64,000 bases of DNA. It comes from a virus. Each line of letters starts with the position of its first letter. The stretch's first letter is position 1. The stretch covers positions 1-64,000 of the IMG/VR virus record IMGVR_UViG_3300042332_001215, one strand, 5' to 3'. Below the pieces are notes generated by a model. That model was not told where the DNA came from. It saw nothing but the letters and a program-made list of their open reading frames with translations, and made no database searches. Both the position numbers and the translations under genes were made by a program. Positions 8,807 to 16,544 of this stretch are shown here, in pieces.

Positions 8807-9053
8807 TTTTCAACTCCTTGTATTTCATAGCAAAATAACGATATATTTCCATAACAATTTTTACCATATAATCTGTATGATAATGTGGAGGCACTTTTAG
8901 ATTGGAACAAAATGCTCTTGCGTTTTCCCTCAATAAGCAATTTTCAATTTCACCATCACCACTCCACCTTTCATAATCATCAATCATTTCCCACAAACTA
9001 TCTTCGTAGTCGGCAAAGGATTTTACAAATCCTTCAAGTGTGTAGTATTTCAT
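8799..9053 (-). CDS. Hypothetical protein
   Basis: ORF track. Confidence 0.6.
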   Translation of the reverse strand: MKYYTLEGFVKSFADYEDSLWEMIDDYERWSGDGEIENCLLRENARAFCSNLKVPPHYHTDYMVKIVMEIYRYFAMKYKELKND

Positions 9054-9216
9054 AGTTTATTCCTGTAAGTGTAGGTAATTTCTCCAGTTTCCTTATTCAT
9101 CAGGTGTGCCCAGTCAGTTGGAAGTGTATCACAACAATCCCGAAACTTTTCAGTTGAAGATACTTCCATCACAATAGGAAGATTTTGAGAGTGATAGTGA
9201 AAGATTGCTACAAGGG

Positions 9217-9432
9217 TCATTGTGGGTCTCCTACAAGTCCAGAATATTTTTCTCTATCCCAACCATCAGTATAACCTCTTTCATATTCAATTTCAGCAAC
9301 TCGTTGGGCAAACTTCATAGCAACCTCACGAAATGCGTTGTTCATAGCACCAGTCATTACACCAGCACCAAGAGTACTCATCCCAAACTCTGTTCCATCT
9401 CCCCAGAGTTCCATTAGTTCTTGTTCAGTCAT
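9217..9432 (-). CDS. Hypothetical early protein (paralog of 10912..11127)
   Basis: MTEQELMEL..KFA..YERG..GW; start re-placed downstream of the promoter element. Confidence 0.65.
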   Translation of the reverse strand: MTEQELMELWGDGTEFGMSTLGAGVMTGAMNNAFREVAMKFAQRVAEIEYERGYTDGWDREKYSGLVGDPQ

Positions 9433-9456
9433 TGGAATTGCTTTGCTGTTCCTACT

Positions 9457-9513
9457 ATTATAAAGCATCACAGACCACTCTGGATGCCTACTGTGCCAGT
9501 TCTTCAAGTGTCC
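9457..9513 (-). promoter_or_regulatory. Early promoter / stem-loop element (PeSL-like), copy 2
   Basis: GGACACTTGAAGAACTGGCACA + GCATC-CAGA..TCTG-TGATGC hairpin + TATAAT. Confidence 0.7.
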
Positions 9514-9807
9514 TCTGCTTTTATAAATGTTTGTTCTGGAAGGTTAGAACCAACACGATTGAAAAAATATTCACTCATATGTGGATTATAGTTATTTTTC
9601 ATAATCCACAACCAAGTTCTAAAATCTTCAAGAATACTCACTTTTCAATCTCCTCCACATTTACATAAGGAGCAGTCATCCATTCACTCCACACATACTC
9701 ATATGGAGGTGGGCATAATGCTCCATTTGCATCAACTCTAAGCATATGATGACGATACTGAATGTCTGGTTTCATTCCCAGTTCATTCTCAACGATACGA
9801 AGTTCAA

Positions 9808-10062
9808 TCATTTTTCACTCCAATACTCTTCATAATCATCAAAATCTCTGGGTTCAGTATAAGGGTCTTCACAACCAGTATAGGCATACATTTTGTTATT
9901 CATCTTATACCAATCGTGATTGAGACACCACCAGAAATTCATACAATACCAGTCATAAAAACCCAATCCTTCCTTGTCTCCTTCAAGAGACCATAGATTA
10001 GTTTTTACTGGAACTCGCATCCAGATTTTCCACTTATCAAATATCATTCTTGTGAGTTTCAT
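9808..10062 (-). CDS. Trp-rich hypothetical protein (FWxxLNxxW family)
   Basis: NFWWCLNHDWYKMN. Confidence 0.6.
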   Translation of the reverse strand: MKLTRMIFDKWKIWMRVPVKTNLWSLEGDKEGLGFYDWYCMNFWWCLNHDWYKMNNKMYAYTGCEDPYTEPRDFDDYEEYWSEK

Positions 10063-10274
10063 TTCACAAAATCTCCAATCACAGGAACATCACCACAAAT
10101 CTCATTCACTCGTCCTACTGTTTGGTCTTTGAGTACTTGACGACACTCCAAGTTTTTATTGTATGTTTGTTGAAAGAGTGTTCGTTGTTGTTGGGCATCA
10201 TAGGTAAGCACAGCAGCAGCAACGATTATAAAAACAGGGATAGACAAAAATATCCAATCTGGGTCAAATTTCAT
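10059..10274 (-). CDS. Small membrane-anchored protein
   Basis: N-terminal TM helix and a Cys pair. Confidence 0.6.
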   Translation of the reverse strand: MKFDPDWIFLSIPVFIIVAAAVLTYDAQQQRTLFQQTYNKNLECRQVLKDQTVGRVNEICGDVPVIGDFVK

Positions 10275-10474
10275 AGTGCCTCCAATTCATCAGCAAGTTC
10301 ATAAAGCAATCGAGCATCAACTACCATATCTTCTATATCCTGGTCTCTACAACACTGATAGTATTGATGTTCATTCACAATAGCACGAATAACAGCAACA
10401 ACTCCATCTTTTGGAAAGTTGTATGTATCCTCTGCTTCGTATGCTTCCATAATCTTTTTTGCTCGTTCAGTCAT
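10271..10474 (-). CDS. Hypothetical protein (paralog family with 10471 and 12483)
   Basis: MTERA..IR..LADELEAL. Confidence 0.65.
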   Translation of the reverse strand: MTERAKKIMEAYEAEDTYNFPKDGVVAVIRAIVNEHQYYQCCRDQDIEDMVVDARLLYELADELEAL

Positions 10475-10680
10475 AATGCCTCCACATCACCAGCAATTTC
10501 ATTTAGCTCTTGAGCAGTATGAGTAAGCCAAGGTTCATTTGCAAGCACTCCATCTCTATAAATGATAGAAGAAATCACACGAATAGAAGATGCTAATGCT
10601 TGTTTCATATCCTCTGTGGGTTCAACAATCAATTCTGCTTTGAATGCTTCCCAAACTTTGTATGCTGCGTCAGTCATCAT
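10471..10680 (-). CDS. Hypothetical protein (paralog family)
   Basis: MTDAA..IR..IAGDVEAL. Confidence 0.65.
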   Translation of the reverse strand: MMTDAAYKVWEAFKAELIVEPTEDMKQALASSIRVISSIIYRDGVLANEPWLTHTAQELNEIAGDVEAL

Positions 10681-10919
10681 TCCTCACCATAAGCACGCCA
10701 TTCAAGATATTCAATTTGTTCTTCAAGTTCTTTGATTTTTAGTGCTTGTTTATCCATTACCTCATAGCACCATTCACGGTCTTTTCGCAGGTTCTCAATT
10801 GCCCAACGGGCAACTTCGGGTCTCTCATCCTTTGAGTTCTGGTGCCAATCTTTGAAGTCAAGAGGAATGACTGCTGAGAGTTCCTCATCATATTTTTGAA
10901 GTCTTTCTGCGTCAGTCAT
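10677..10919 (-). CDS. Hypothetical coiled-coil protein
   Basis: DFKDWHQNSKDERPEVA pattern. Confidence 0.65.
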   Translation of the reverse strand: MTDAERLQKYDEELSAVIPLDFKDWHQNSKDERPEVARWAIENLRKDREWCYEVMDKQALKIKELEEQIEYLEWRAYGEE

Positions 10920-11127
10920 AGGTATAATCAGTAGGATAAGAGGAGTTCAGTGATACACTTTCTTGGTGACTTTCCCAACCATTTTCATTACCAATTTCAT
11001 AGATTGCTCGGGCAAAGTTTAAAAGAGCATCTTCTTGTAAAGGTTGCCACACTACATTACCAACATCACCAGAATACAGTTCTCTCAAATATGATGAAGC
11101 AAGTTCAAGGATTTGTTCGTCAGTCAT
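10912..11127 (-). CDS. Hypothetical protein (paralog of 9217..9432)
   Basis: MTDEQILELA..NFARAIYE.G..NGW. Confidence 0.65.
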   Translation of the reverse strand: MTDEQILELASSYLRELYSGDVGNVVWQPLQEDALLNFARAIYEIGNENGWESHQESVSLNSSYPTDYTYD

Positions 11128-11381
11128 TCTTCCCACCCATCAAAGTATTCAGTAAAAAAGTTGAAACTCAAACCAACTTTACCAACTTGAAAATCTACTC
11201 CAAATAAAGAATTAGTAAAGAATGAGAATAGGATGTGTAATCCACCATCACTAAAAACTAAACGACTGGGATTTTCATAATGAACCCAGAGTAATGTTTT
11301 ATTGTTGATGATACCAAACTGCCAGGTGTGGTCAGTATCACCATCATCCCATACTTTTAGGTTGTACTGATAGGGTTTCAT
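11124..11381 (-). CDS. Hypothetical protein
   Basis: ORF track. Confidence 0.6.
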   Translation of the reverse strand: MKPYQYNLKVWDDGDTDHTWQFGIINNKTLLWVHYENPSRLVFSDGGLHILFSFFTNSLFGVDFQVGKVGLSFNFFTEYFDGWEE

Positions 11382-11662
11382 AGCAACTCCAATTTACATT
11401 TACCATTTACATCATACACAACTTTTACTTGATACTCATTGACCATATTTGCTCTCCACATAGCATTTTTGAACTCTTCTGTTTCTTTCTCTGGGTATTT
11501 GGCAACAAGTTTGAAGTTCTCATCATACTCATTACAATTCACATCATTAAGATAATGGAGATTTAGGAAACGATTGAGTTGTTGCTTTTGTTCGTGGTCA
11601 AGTTGAATTCTTACAAATGTGGTGAATTCGTTTGATACTGGGAGTTCTTCTTGATCAGTCAT
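11378..11662 (-). CDS. Hypothetical protein
   Basis: ORF track, ATGACTGA start. Confidence 0.65.
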   Translation of the reverse strand: MTDQEELPVSNEFTTFVRIQLDHEQKQQLNRFLNLHYLNDVNCNEYDENFKLVAKYPEKETEEFKNAMWRANMVNEYQVKVVYDVNGKCKLELL

Positions 11663-11834
11663 AATAAGTGTTTGTGTTGCCGTAGTTTAGATAATACCAG
11701 AACAAGTTTCTCATTCTGGTTTTATTAGGATACCCATCAAGATGGTTCCACATATGATTTCTCCAAGAATACATACAATACTCAAAGAGATGAATAGAAG
11801 TCCAGATAGTCCATTTCTTCCAGGTGTCAGTCAT
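11655..11834 (-). CDS. Trp-rich 59-aa protein (not in ORF track)
   Basis: MTDTWKKWTIW...NLFWYYLNYGNTNTYYD*, ATGACTGA at both ends. Confidence 0.6.
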   Translation of the reverse strand: MTDTWKKWTIWTSIHLFEYCMYSWRNHMWNHLDGYPNKTRMRNLFWYYLNYGNTNTYYD

Positions 11835-12105
11835 ACTTTGCCTCCACTTCTTTCACTCGTTCCATAAAACTATCGGAACCGTGATCACCACTATAAAGAT
11901 AATCAATATGCCTCATAATCTCTGCCATTTTACGCATCTGAGGCAGATAGGATTCCAGACACTCAATCACTTCTTCTGGAAATCCTTTGTAATATCCCCA
12001 TTCATCATGCATGAAGTTGTTTTGAATCTCTTCTTCCAACTCATCTGCAAACTGTGATACCTTGTAATAATCATAACTGCAGTTACCGAAATGTCCGCCG
12101 CTCAT
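11827..12105 (-). CDS. Conserved phage hypothetical protein
   Basis: MSGGHF...IDYLYSGDHGSDSF motif. Confidence 0.7.
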   Translation of the reverse strand: MSGGHFGNCSYDYYKVSQFADELEEEIQNNFMHDEWGYYKGFPEEVIECLESYLPQMRKMAEIMRHIDYLYSGDHGSDSFMERVKEVEAKYD

Positions 12106-12413
12106 GGTTGTGTCTCCTGATTAATTGGGGGTGGGGGAGTTAGTGGGGGAAGAGGTACAGGTGGTGGCGTGGCTGGTTTAACCACTGTAGGTTCTGGAAG
12201 TGGTTCTTCAGGTGGTGGAGTTGTAGCAGTAGTTTGCTCTTTCAGATCAGAGAGTTCTTTTTGTAGTTCGGTGATGTGAGTTTCATACTGCACAGGAACT
12301 TCCACTGCAGGTTTCACATTACTTTCTTGTGCGAGTTTCCAACCTGCAGCACCAGCACCGAAAATACTAGCGAGGGCAGCAACGACAGAAATGGTTGATT
12401 GAAATTTGCTCAT
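12102..12413 (-). CDS. Membrane-anchored protein with Pro-rich C-terminus
   Basis: Hydrophobic N-terminus and PPPVPLPPLTPPPP tail; start at MSKFQ downstream of the promoter. Confidence 0.65.
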   Translation of the reverse strand: MSKFQSTISVVAALASIFGAGAAGWKLAQESNVKPAVEVPVQYETHITELQKELSDLKEQTTATTPPPEEPLPEPTVVKPATPPPVPLPPLTPPPPINQETQP

Positions 12414-12435
12414 GATTGAATCTTGAACGAATGTA

Positions 12436-12492
12436 GTATAGGACAAAGGACTCAAGAGGTCAAGAAAAAATGGACAGCTCAGTTACTGTCCA
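12436..12492 (-). promoter_or_regulatory. Early sigma70-like promoter with upstream GGACAG..CTGTCC palindrome
   Basis: TGGACAG-TAACTGAG-CTGTCCA, then TTGACC-N17-TATACT. Confidence 0.7.
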
Positions 12493-12695
12493 TTCAGCTG
12501 CTCTAGCTCGTTGGTGAGTGCTAGTAAATCAGTTTTATCAATCACAGAAAGATTGTTGAGTTTCTGTGCTGTCATAGTTTTTACATGTTCTGTGGTTTTA
12601 CGAATAATTGCAGCAACTAGCTTTTCTTCTGTATCTGCCCATGCATTGCGTTCTTGCCATATCTCAGACATTAATTGTTGTGCTCTTTGTGTCAT
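12483..12695 (-). CDS. Hypothetical protein (paralog family with 10271/10471)
   Basis: MTQRA..IIR..LTNELEQL. Confidence 0.65.
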   Translation of the reverse strand: MTQRAQQLMSEIWQERNAWADTEEKLVAAIIRKTTEHVKTMTAQKLNNLSVIDKTDLLALTNELEQLNGQ

Positions 12696-12696
12696 A

Positions 12697-13023
12697 TCAA
12701 TCCCAAGGTGCCGGTTTTTTCATAATCTCTTTTAATCTTTCAACTACTTTAGGGTCTGGTGGTTCATTCAAGCGTTCTACAAGAGCATCAAAATCTTTTT
12801 TTGGTAAAACAATCCTTTCAGGTTTTGCCCCCTTACCCCAGAACTTTTCAAACTCCCATTGGTAATTCATATCTAACCACCCACCATTCAAAGAGTGCCA
12901 AAACTCTTCCCAAACATAATAATCATCAAGGCGAAATCCTTCATGACTGATCAGACGATACCACCACCAGAATGGCGTATAACGGAGAAATCTATTTGAA
13001 ATGATTAATTTATGAAAGTTCAT
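12697..13023 (-). CDS. Trp-rich protein with C-terminal DUF1778/TacA-like helix
   Basis: EFWHSLNGGWLDMN plus RIVLPKKDFDALVERLNEPPDP. Confidence 0.55.
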   Translation of the reverse strand: MNFHKLIISNRFLRYTPFWWWYRLISHEGFRLDDYYVWEEFWHSLNGGWLDMNYQWEFEKFWGKGAKPERIVLPKKDFDALVERLNEPPDPKVVERLKEIMKKPAPWD

Positions 13024-13427
13024 TTCTTCGCCCAAGAATACTCATACATATACATCCAACCATCATTCATCTCACTCCACATCGCATAAGGAAGTTTATA
13101 AGAATACTTCTTATCTCTCATCCAATAAGACCACGCCTCCCAAGCATTTGCTATATTTTGAAATCCCCAGATAAAGTGTCTCCACTTCTCATTATCATAC
13201 ACCCAGTCGTTGTTTGTATCAAATGGGTTCCACCTGAAGTGAGGTTCAAAATCACCATCATAGCAGTAACGATTATACTGCTTGCGGGTGTAGTTTTTAT
13301 ATCGTTGTAGGAGATTATCCACAATTAGGCATCCAAATGGTAGAGAGTTTGTTTTTCTTTGCAGTGATGTTGAAATGATCAATCTGACCATTCTTATGAT
13401 AGATTCCACACCAGAGGAACCCATCAT
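13020..13427 (-). CDS. Trp-rich hypothetical protein (true start probably ~13320)
   Basis: MWSEMNDGWMYM; the N-terminal part overlaps 13315..13497. Confidence 0.55.
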   Translation of the reverse strand: MMGSSGVESIIRMVRLIISTSLQRKTNSLPFGCLIVDNLLQRYKNYTRKQYNRYCYDGDFEPHFRWNPFDTNNDWVYDNEKWRHFIWGFQNIANAWEAWSYWMRDKKYSYKLPYAMWSEMNDGWMYMYEYSWAKK

Positions 13428-13497
13428 CCATCATCTCAAAGTGTATCATATCAATGTCCCGAATGACAAGTTCATCAGGATTCTTTTCATCGTTCAT
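13315..13497 (-). CDS. Hypothetical protein
   Basis: HFEMMD..LW.GIY. Confidence 0.6.
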   Translation of the reverse strand: MNDEKNPDELVIRDIDMIHFEMMDDGFLWCGIYHKNGQIDHFNITAKKNKLSTIWMPNCG

Positions 13498-13715
13498 TTT
13501 GCCTCCCAGAATTTACCATCAGGACCACAAGAATAATCAAGTTCTTTCCAACATTTTGCTCTCAACATATCACAAAATCGTTGCTTATAACCACTTACAA
13601 GGTCATCAGTCGTATTTGGAGAGGCACACATATCATATTTGCTAGTTCTAAAAAAGATATGTTCTATCCAAGATTTACGATACCACTTACAATCCTTACA
13701 GAGTTTTTTGGTCAT
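13494..13715 (-). CDS. Small Cys-rich protein
   Basis: CKDCKW...C...C...CGPDGKFWE. Confidence 0.7.
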   Translation of the reverse strand: MTKKLCKDCKWYRKSWIEHIFFRTSKYDMCASPNTTDDLVSGYKQRFCDMLRAKCWKELDYSCGPDGKFWEAK

Positions 13716-13978
13716 TGATAAGGGTTCTTGAGATTGTTCAGGATAGCATCAAAGAAAGCAATACGATCTTTGTCGTATTCTACATCAACACCATGTTTTT
13801 TGCAATAGTCCATGATAGATTTTTCTGTTTTAGTTGGAGAATAACAATAACGGAACCTAGCAAAAGTAATATGATCCTTGAACTCTTTTTTCATGATCTC
13901 AAAGAGTTGGAAGAGTTCTTGTTGTGTGAGTTCTACTTCCCGTTCAGTTGTTTGATGTCCTTTGAATTTGATGTTCAT
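13712..13978 (-). CDS. Hypothetical protein
   Basis: ORF track. Confidence 0.6.
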   Translation of the reverse strand: MNIKFKGHQTTEREVELTQQELFQLFEIMKKEFKDHITFARFRYCYSPTKTEKSIMDYCKKHGVDVEYDKDRIAFFDAILNNLKNPYQ

Positions 13979-14274
13979 GAGTAATTAAAATGATAATGTG
14001 TTTCCCAAGTAAAGATTGGTTGATCACGCTTTTCAACCATAATCTTAACACGATCTGGAATTAGATTGTCATAGCGTTTAAAAAACTCTTCTTCAGTTTG
14101 TTCTTCCGAACATTGAAGATGGTATTCATGACCAACAAACTTTTCCCACTGTTCTTTCTCACGGTCTACACCATCATATGATTGATAGTTACGGCAGATC
14201 TTCAACCAAATAGATCTTCCTTCACCAGTGGCAAGATAATCTACTACAAAGAAGCGATAAAATGGTTCAGTCAT
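13975..14274 (-). CDS. Hypothetical protein
   Basis: DYLATGEGR...HFNYS pattern. Confidence 0.65.
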   Translation of the reverse strand: MTEPFYRFFVVDYLATGEGRSIWLKICRNYQSYDGVDREKEQWEKFVGHEYHLQCSEEQTEEEFFKRYDNLIPDRVKIMVEKRDQPIFTWETHYHFNYS

Positions 14275-14776
14275 TCTTTAAATTCCTCACTCTAACAAGA
14301 AACTCATCACTCTGTTTATATAATCCTGCAATCAAATCCTTGATGTCATCAATTGCAATTGCATTGTACTCCACATTCATGTTTTCACAAATGAGAGCAT
14401 CAATCATACATTCTAGTGCCATTGCTTGCATATGCTCTGGTGTGATTGGTGTGCCATGTGGCATCCCAGAACATTCATCATTGTAGAAAGCATTATATCG
14501 TCGAAGAACAGTTTCACTTCGTTCTTTGCGTTCCCATTCTTCTTTTTCAATTGCTGCAAGTTGTTGAAGTGCATCACCATTTTCATCAGCAAGTTTATCT
14601 AAAGCGGTAAATGCTGCTTCTCGTCTTGCAGCTTCTTCAAGCATTTCTTCATGTGTCATTCGCTTTGCCCATCCTAAATTTGGCCAGGTGTCTCTAAAAA
14701 TTTCGTTTAGTTTCTCGTTTTGGTAATACATCAAAGCATACTGAGTTAAATTTACCTCTGACACCACGAAGTTCAA
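14267..14776 (-). CDS. Hypothetical protein (start uncertain)
   Basis: ORF track. Confidence 0.55.
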   Translation of the reverse strand: MNFVVSEVNLTQYALMYYQNEKLNEIFRDTWPNLGWAKRMTHEEMLEEAARREAAFTALDKLADENGDALQQLAAIEKEEWERKERSETVLRRYNAFYNDECSGMPHGTPITPEHMQAMALECMIDALICENMNVEYNAIAIDDIKDLIAGLYKQSDEFLVRVRNLKND

Positions 14777-14921
14777 TTTTAGTATGTTGCGAATGAACTT
14801 CTACATGCTCAACATAATAGGTATCACCAACAATTAGTATACCAGTAGGGTCATCATTATTGCCCCACTTAACTTGCTCTGGTGTACATCCTAAAAATTT
14901 AACATTGTCTCCTGCTTTCAT
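14694..14921 (-). CDS. Hypothetical SH3-like small protein
   Basis: GD.V.F.G..WGNNDDP..L..GD.Y.VE..FNSV.F. Confidence 0.6.
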   Translation of the reverse strand: MKAGDNVKFLGCTPEQVKWGNNDDPTGILIVGDTYYVEHVEVHSQHTKIELRGVRGKFNSVCFDVLPKRETKRNF

Positions 14922-15059
14922 CTTTCTAATTTGGTTTCTATGAACAGATTATTTAAAATGTCATCACAAACACCATACTCTTTACCATTAAGTGGTACTT
15001 TATTCATTTGGTAGTACCGTACAGCGTTAAAGATAATCTTCTTTTGTTCTAGTGTAAAT

Positions 15060-15245
15060 TCAGTCACTGGCCCTCCATTGTGTAAGTTTAGTACGAGTAG
15101 ATTGAAACTCTTCTACTGCTTGAAGAATCATTTGTGCAGATTCATTTGCATCTGATTCATCCCATCCATCATGGTTTATACCATGAGAATAGTAACCATA
15201 CAAATGGTCTTTAATAGTATCAATCAGTTTGTCATAGTGTGTCAT
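15060..15245 (-). CDS. Hypothetical protein
   Basis: ORF track. Confidence 0.6.
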   Translation of the reverse strand: MTHYDKLIDTIKDHLYGYYSHGINHDGWDESDANESAQMILQAVEEFQSTRTKLTQWRASD

Positions 15246-15282
15246 AATAGAAAAGGGAACTGATTAAGTTCCCATGGAAAGA

Positions 15283-15465
15283 TCAATACTCGTAATCGTC
15301 ATAATCTCGGAAGGTGGATTCATTACGATTCCAACGCTTCTTTCCAGAAATTTTGTAATTCTGGAATCCTTCATCATATTCAAGATCTTGAAGTGATGCA
15401 TTCTGGCGAAGCTCAGAGAGGCTGCCAGTTTGAGATTTGTTTCCTTTACGAAATGTGCGTCCCAT
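15283..15465 (-). CDS. Small protein with basic N-terminus and acidic C-terminus
   Basis: MGRTFRKG...DYDDYEY. Confidence 0.6.
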   Translation of the reverse strand: MGRTFRKGNKSQTGSLSELRQNASLQDLEYDEGFQNYKISGKKRWNRNESTFRDYDDYEY

Positions 15466-15474
15466 AGTTAGTAA

Positions 15475-15639
15475 TTAGTCTGCGTAGTCGAAAGTGTAAT
15501 CGTAGTCGTGGTCTGTGGCGTAGTCATCATAGGACTCTTCATCGTACTTGTCAAGCCCCTTTTTGCGATAAATCTCATCAAGTTTGATTTCATCACGAAT
15601 TTGATCCAGAATGGATCCTCGGTAACTTAAATAAGCCAT
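15475..15639 (-). CDS. 54-aa protein with Asp/Tyr-rich tail (not in ORF track)
   Basis: MAYLSYRGS...DKYDEESYDDYATDHDYDYTFDYAD*; GAGGA RBS and own promoter. Confidence 0.6.
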   Translation of the reverse strand: MAYLSYRGSILDQIRDEIKLDEIYRKKGLDKYDEESYDDYATDHDYDYTFDYAD

Positions 15640-15664
15640 AGACGAATCCTCGTTTAACTGTAAT

Positions 15665-15693
15665 AATATATATGAGATTTATGGATTTGTCAA
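15665..15693 (-). promoter_or_regulatory. sigma70-like promoter
   Basis: TTGACA-N17-TATATT. Confidence 0.6.
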
Positions 15694-15977
15694 GGGGTTC
15701 GGGAATCAGTAAAACTTATGAGTCCAATAAATGAAGATGTTCTTTCAAATCAGTGTCTGCAATATGTGCAATCAAGATTAATTGATTGACAATTGTTTGC
15801 AGAGAGTTAACACGAACCTCTAGAGTTTCTATTCGGTCTGCCAACTCTGACATACTGCTATCCATTCGTCAAATTCCTCTCCAATAGAAATTGCATCTTC
15901 ATAGCGACCTTCTTCAATCAGTTGTTGAAAACGATCACAGCGTTCCTTTAGAATTGCATCTAAAATTTTTGTTTTGT

Positions 15978-16250
15978 TCATGATACTTTACCCCATTTAC
16001 CAATTGGACAAGAACCAACTTTGAGTCTGGTTTTTGCACTCATAAAGCAACCGCAGCGGCGACATTGGGTAGTTTTGGCATTAAAGTCCTCACAGGAACG
16101 ACAGGTAGACATTCTGGCCTCCTGCACTGCTGATTCTACAAAGATGTTGTTGCCCTTGGCAATCTCTCCGAAAGAATCTGTAACAGTTTCAGATAGGTTT
16201 TTTAGTCTACCCATCAATTCGTTTTTAATGTCATTGGAATTGGACATCAC
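15978..16250 (-). CDS. Cys-rich protein (DUF6171-like)
   Basis: R..CRSC...CRRCGCF..K......CPIGKW. Confidence 0.7.
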   Translation of the reverse strand: MMSNSNDIKNELMGRLKNLSETVTDSFGEIAKGNNIFVESAVQEARMSTCRSCEDFNAKTTQCRRCGCFMSAKTRLKVGSCPIGKWGKVS

Positions 16251-16453
16251 TCAGCATCAGTTACTACTTCAGTTTCTGATAGTTCAGATACTTCTTCTGG
16301 GCTGAGTAGAGTTAGACCTTCAATAGCACCTTGAAGCTTAACAAATAGTTCTTTCTTTTGTGCTAGCTCAGTGTCAAGCTTACGAATTTCTTCCATCGTT
16401 TGAGCTTGCTGAGACTTGAAATTTTCTAGTAGTTGTTCGGGAGTCATTGTCAT
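16247..16453 (-). CDS. Small coiled-coil protein
   Basis: KLQGAIEGL pattern. Confidence 0.65.
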   Translation of the reverse strand: MTMTPEQLLENFKSQQAQTMEEIRKLDTELAQKKELFVKLQGAIEGLTLLSPEEVSELSETEVVTDAE

Positions 16454-16481
16454 TTTGGTTACCTAGAATAGTGAAAGGTTA

Positions 16482-16510
16482 ATCGTAACATATTTATCGT
16501 GGTTTGTCAA
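16482..16510 (-). promoter_or_regulatory. sigma70-like promoter with nested late TAAATA
   Basis: TTGACA-N17-TACGAT; ATAAATA within the spacer. Confidence 0.65.
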
Positions 16511-16515
16511 GGGGG

Positions 16516-16544
16516 TTGACAAGGGTGCTCAAAGTGTGTATAAT
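16516..16544 (+). promoter_or_regulatory. Perfect-consensus sigma70 promoter with no downstream sense ORF
   Basis: TTGACA-N17 (ending TGTG, extended -10)-TATAAT. Confidence 0.75.

Larger units (their letters stand above)
5121..16453 (-). other. Hypervariable array of ~50 small overlapping early ORFs (50-185 aa)
   Basis: Continuous chain of short minus-strand ORFs with 4-8 bp overlaps, many starting MT[DE]; interspersed early promoters. Confidence 0.85.

Noticed and set aside
9100-9130. GATACACTTCCAACTGACTGGGCACAC resembling the early promoter box
   Set aside because: It lies inside a small ORF (9050..9220), has the wrong spacing, and has no downstream TATAAT
5121-15300. Possible CRISPR-like or integron array in the small-ORF region
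   Set aside because: The recurring motif is only 8 bp and lies at coding junctions; no constant-length spacers, attC-like hairpins, cas or integrase genes are seen
15549-15555. TTGACA preceded by GGGGC inside the 54-aa ORF
   Set aside because: No convincing -10 element at canonical spacing; the sequence encodes GLDK
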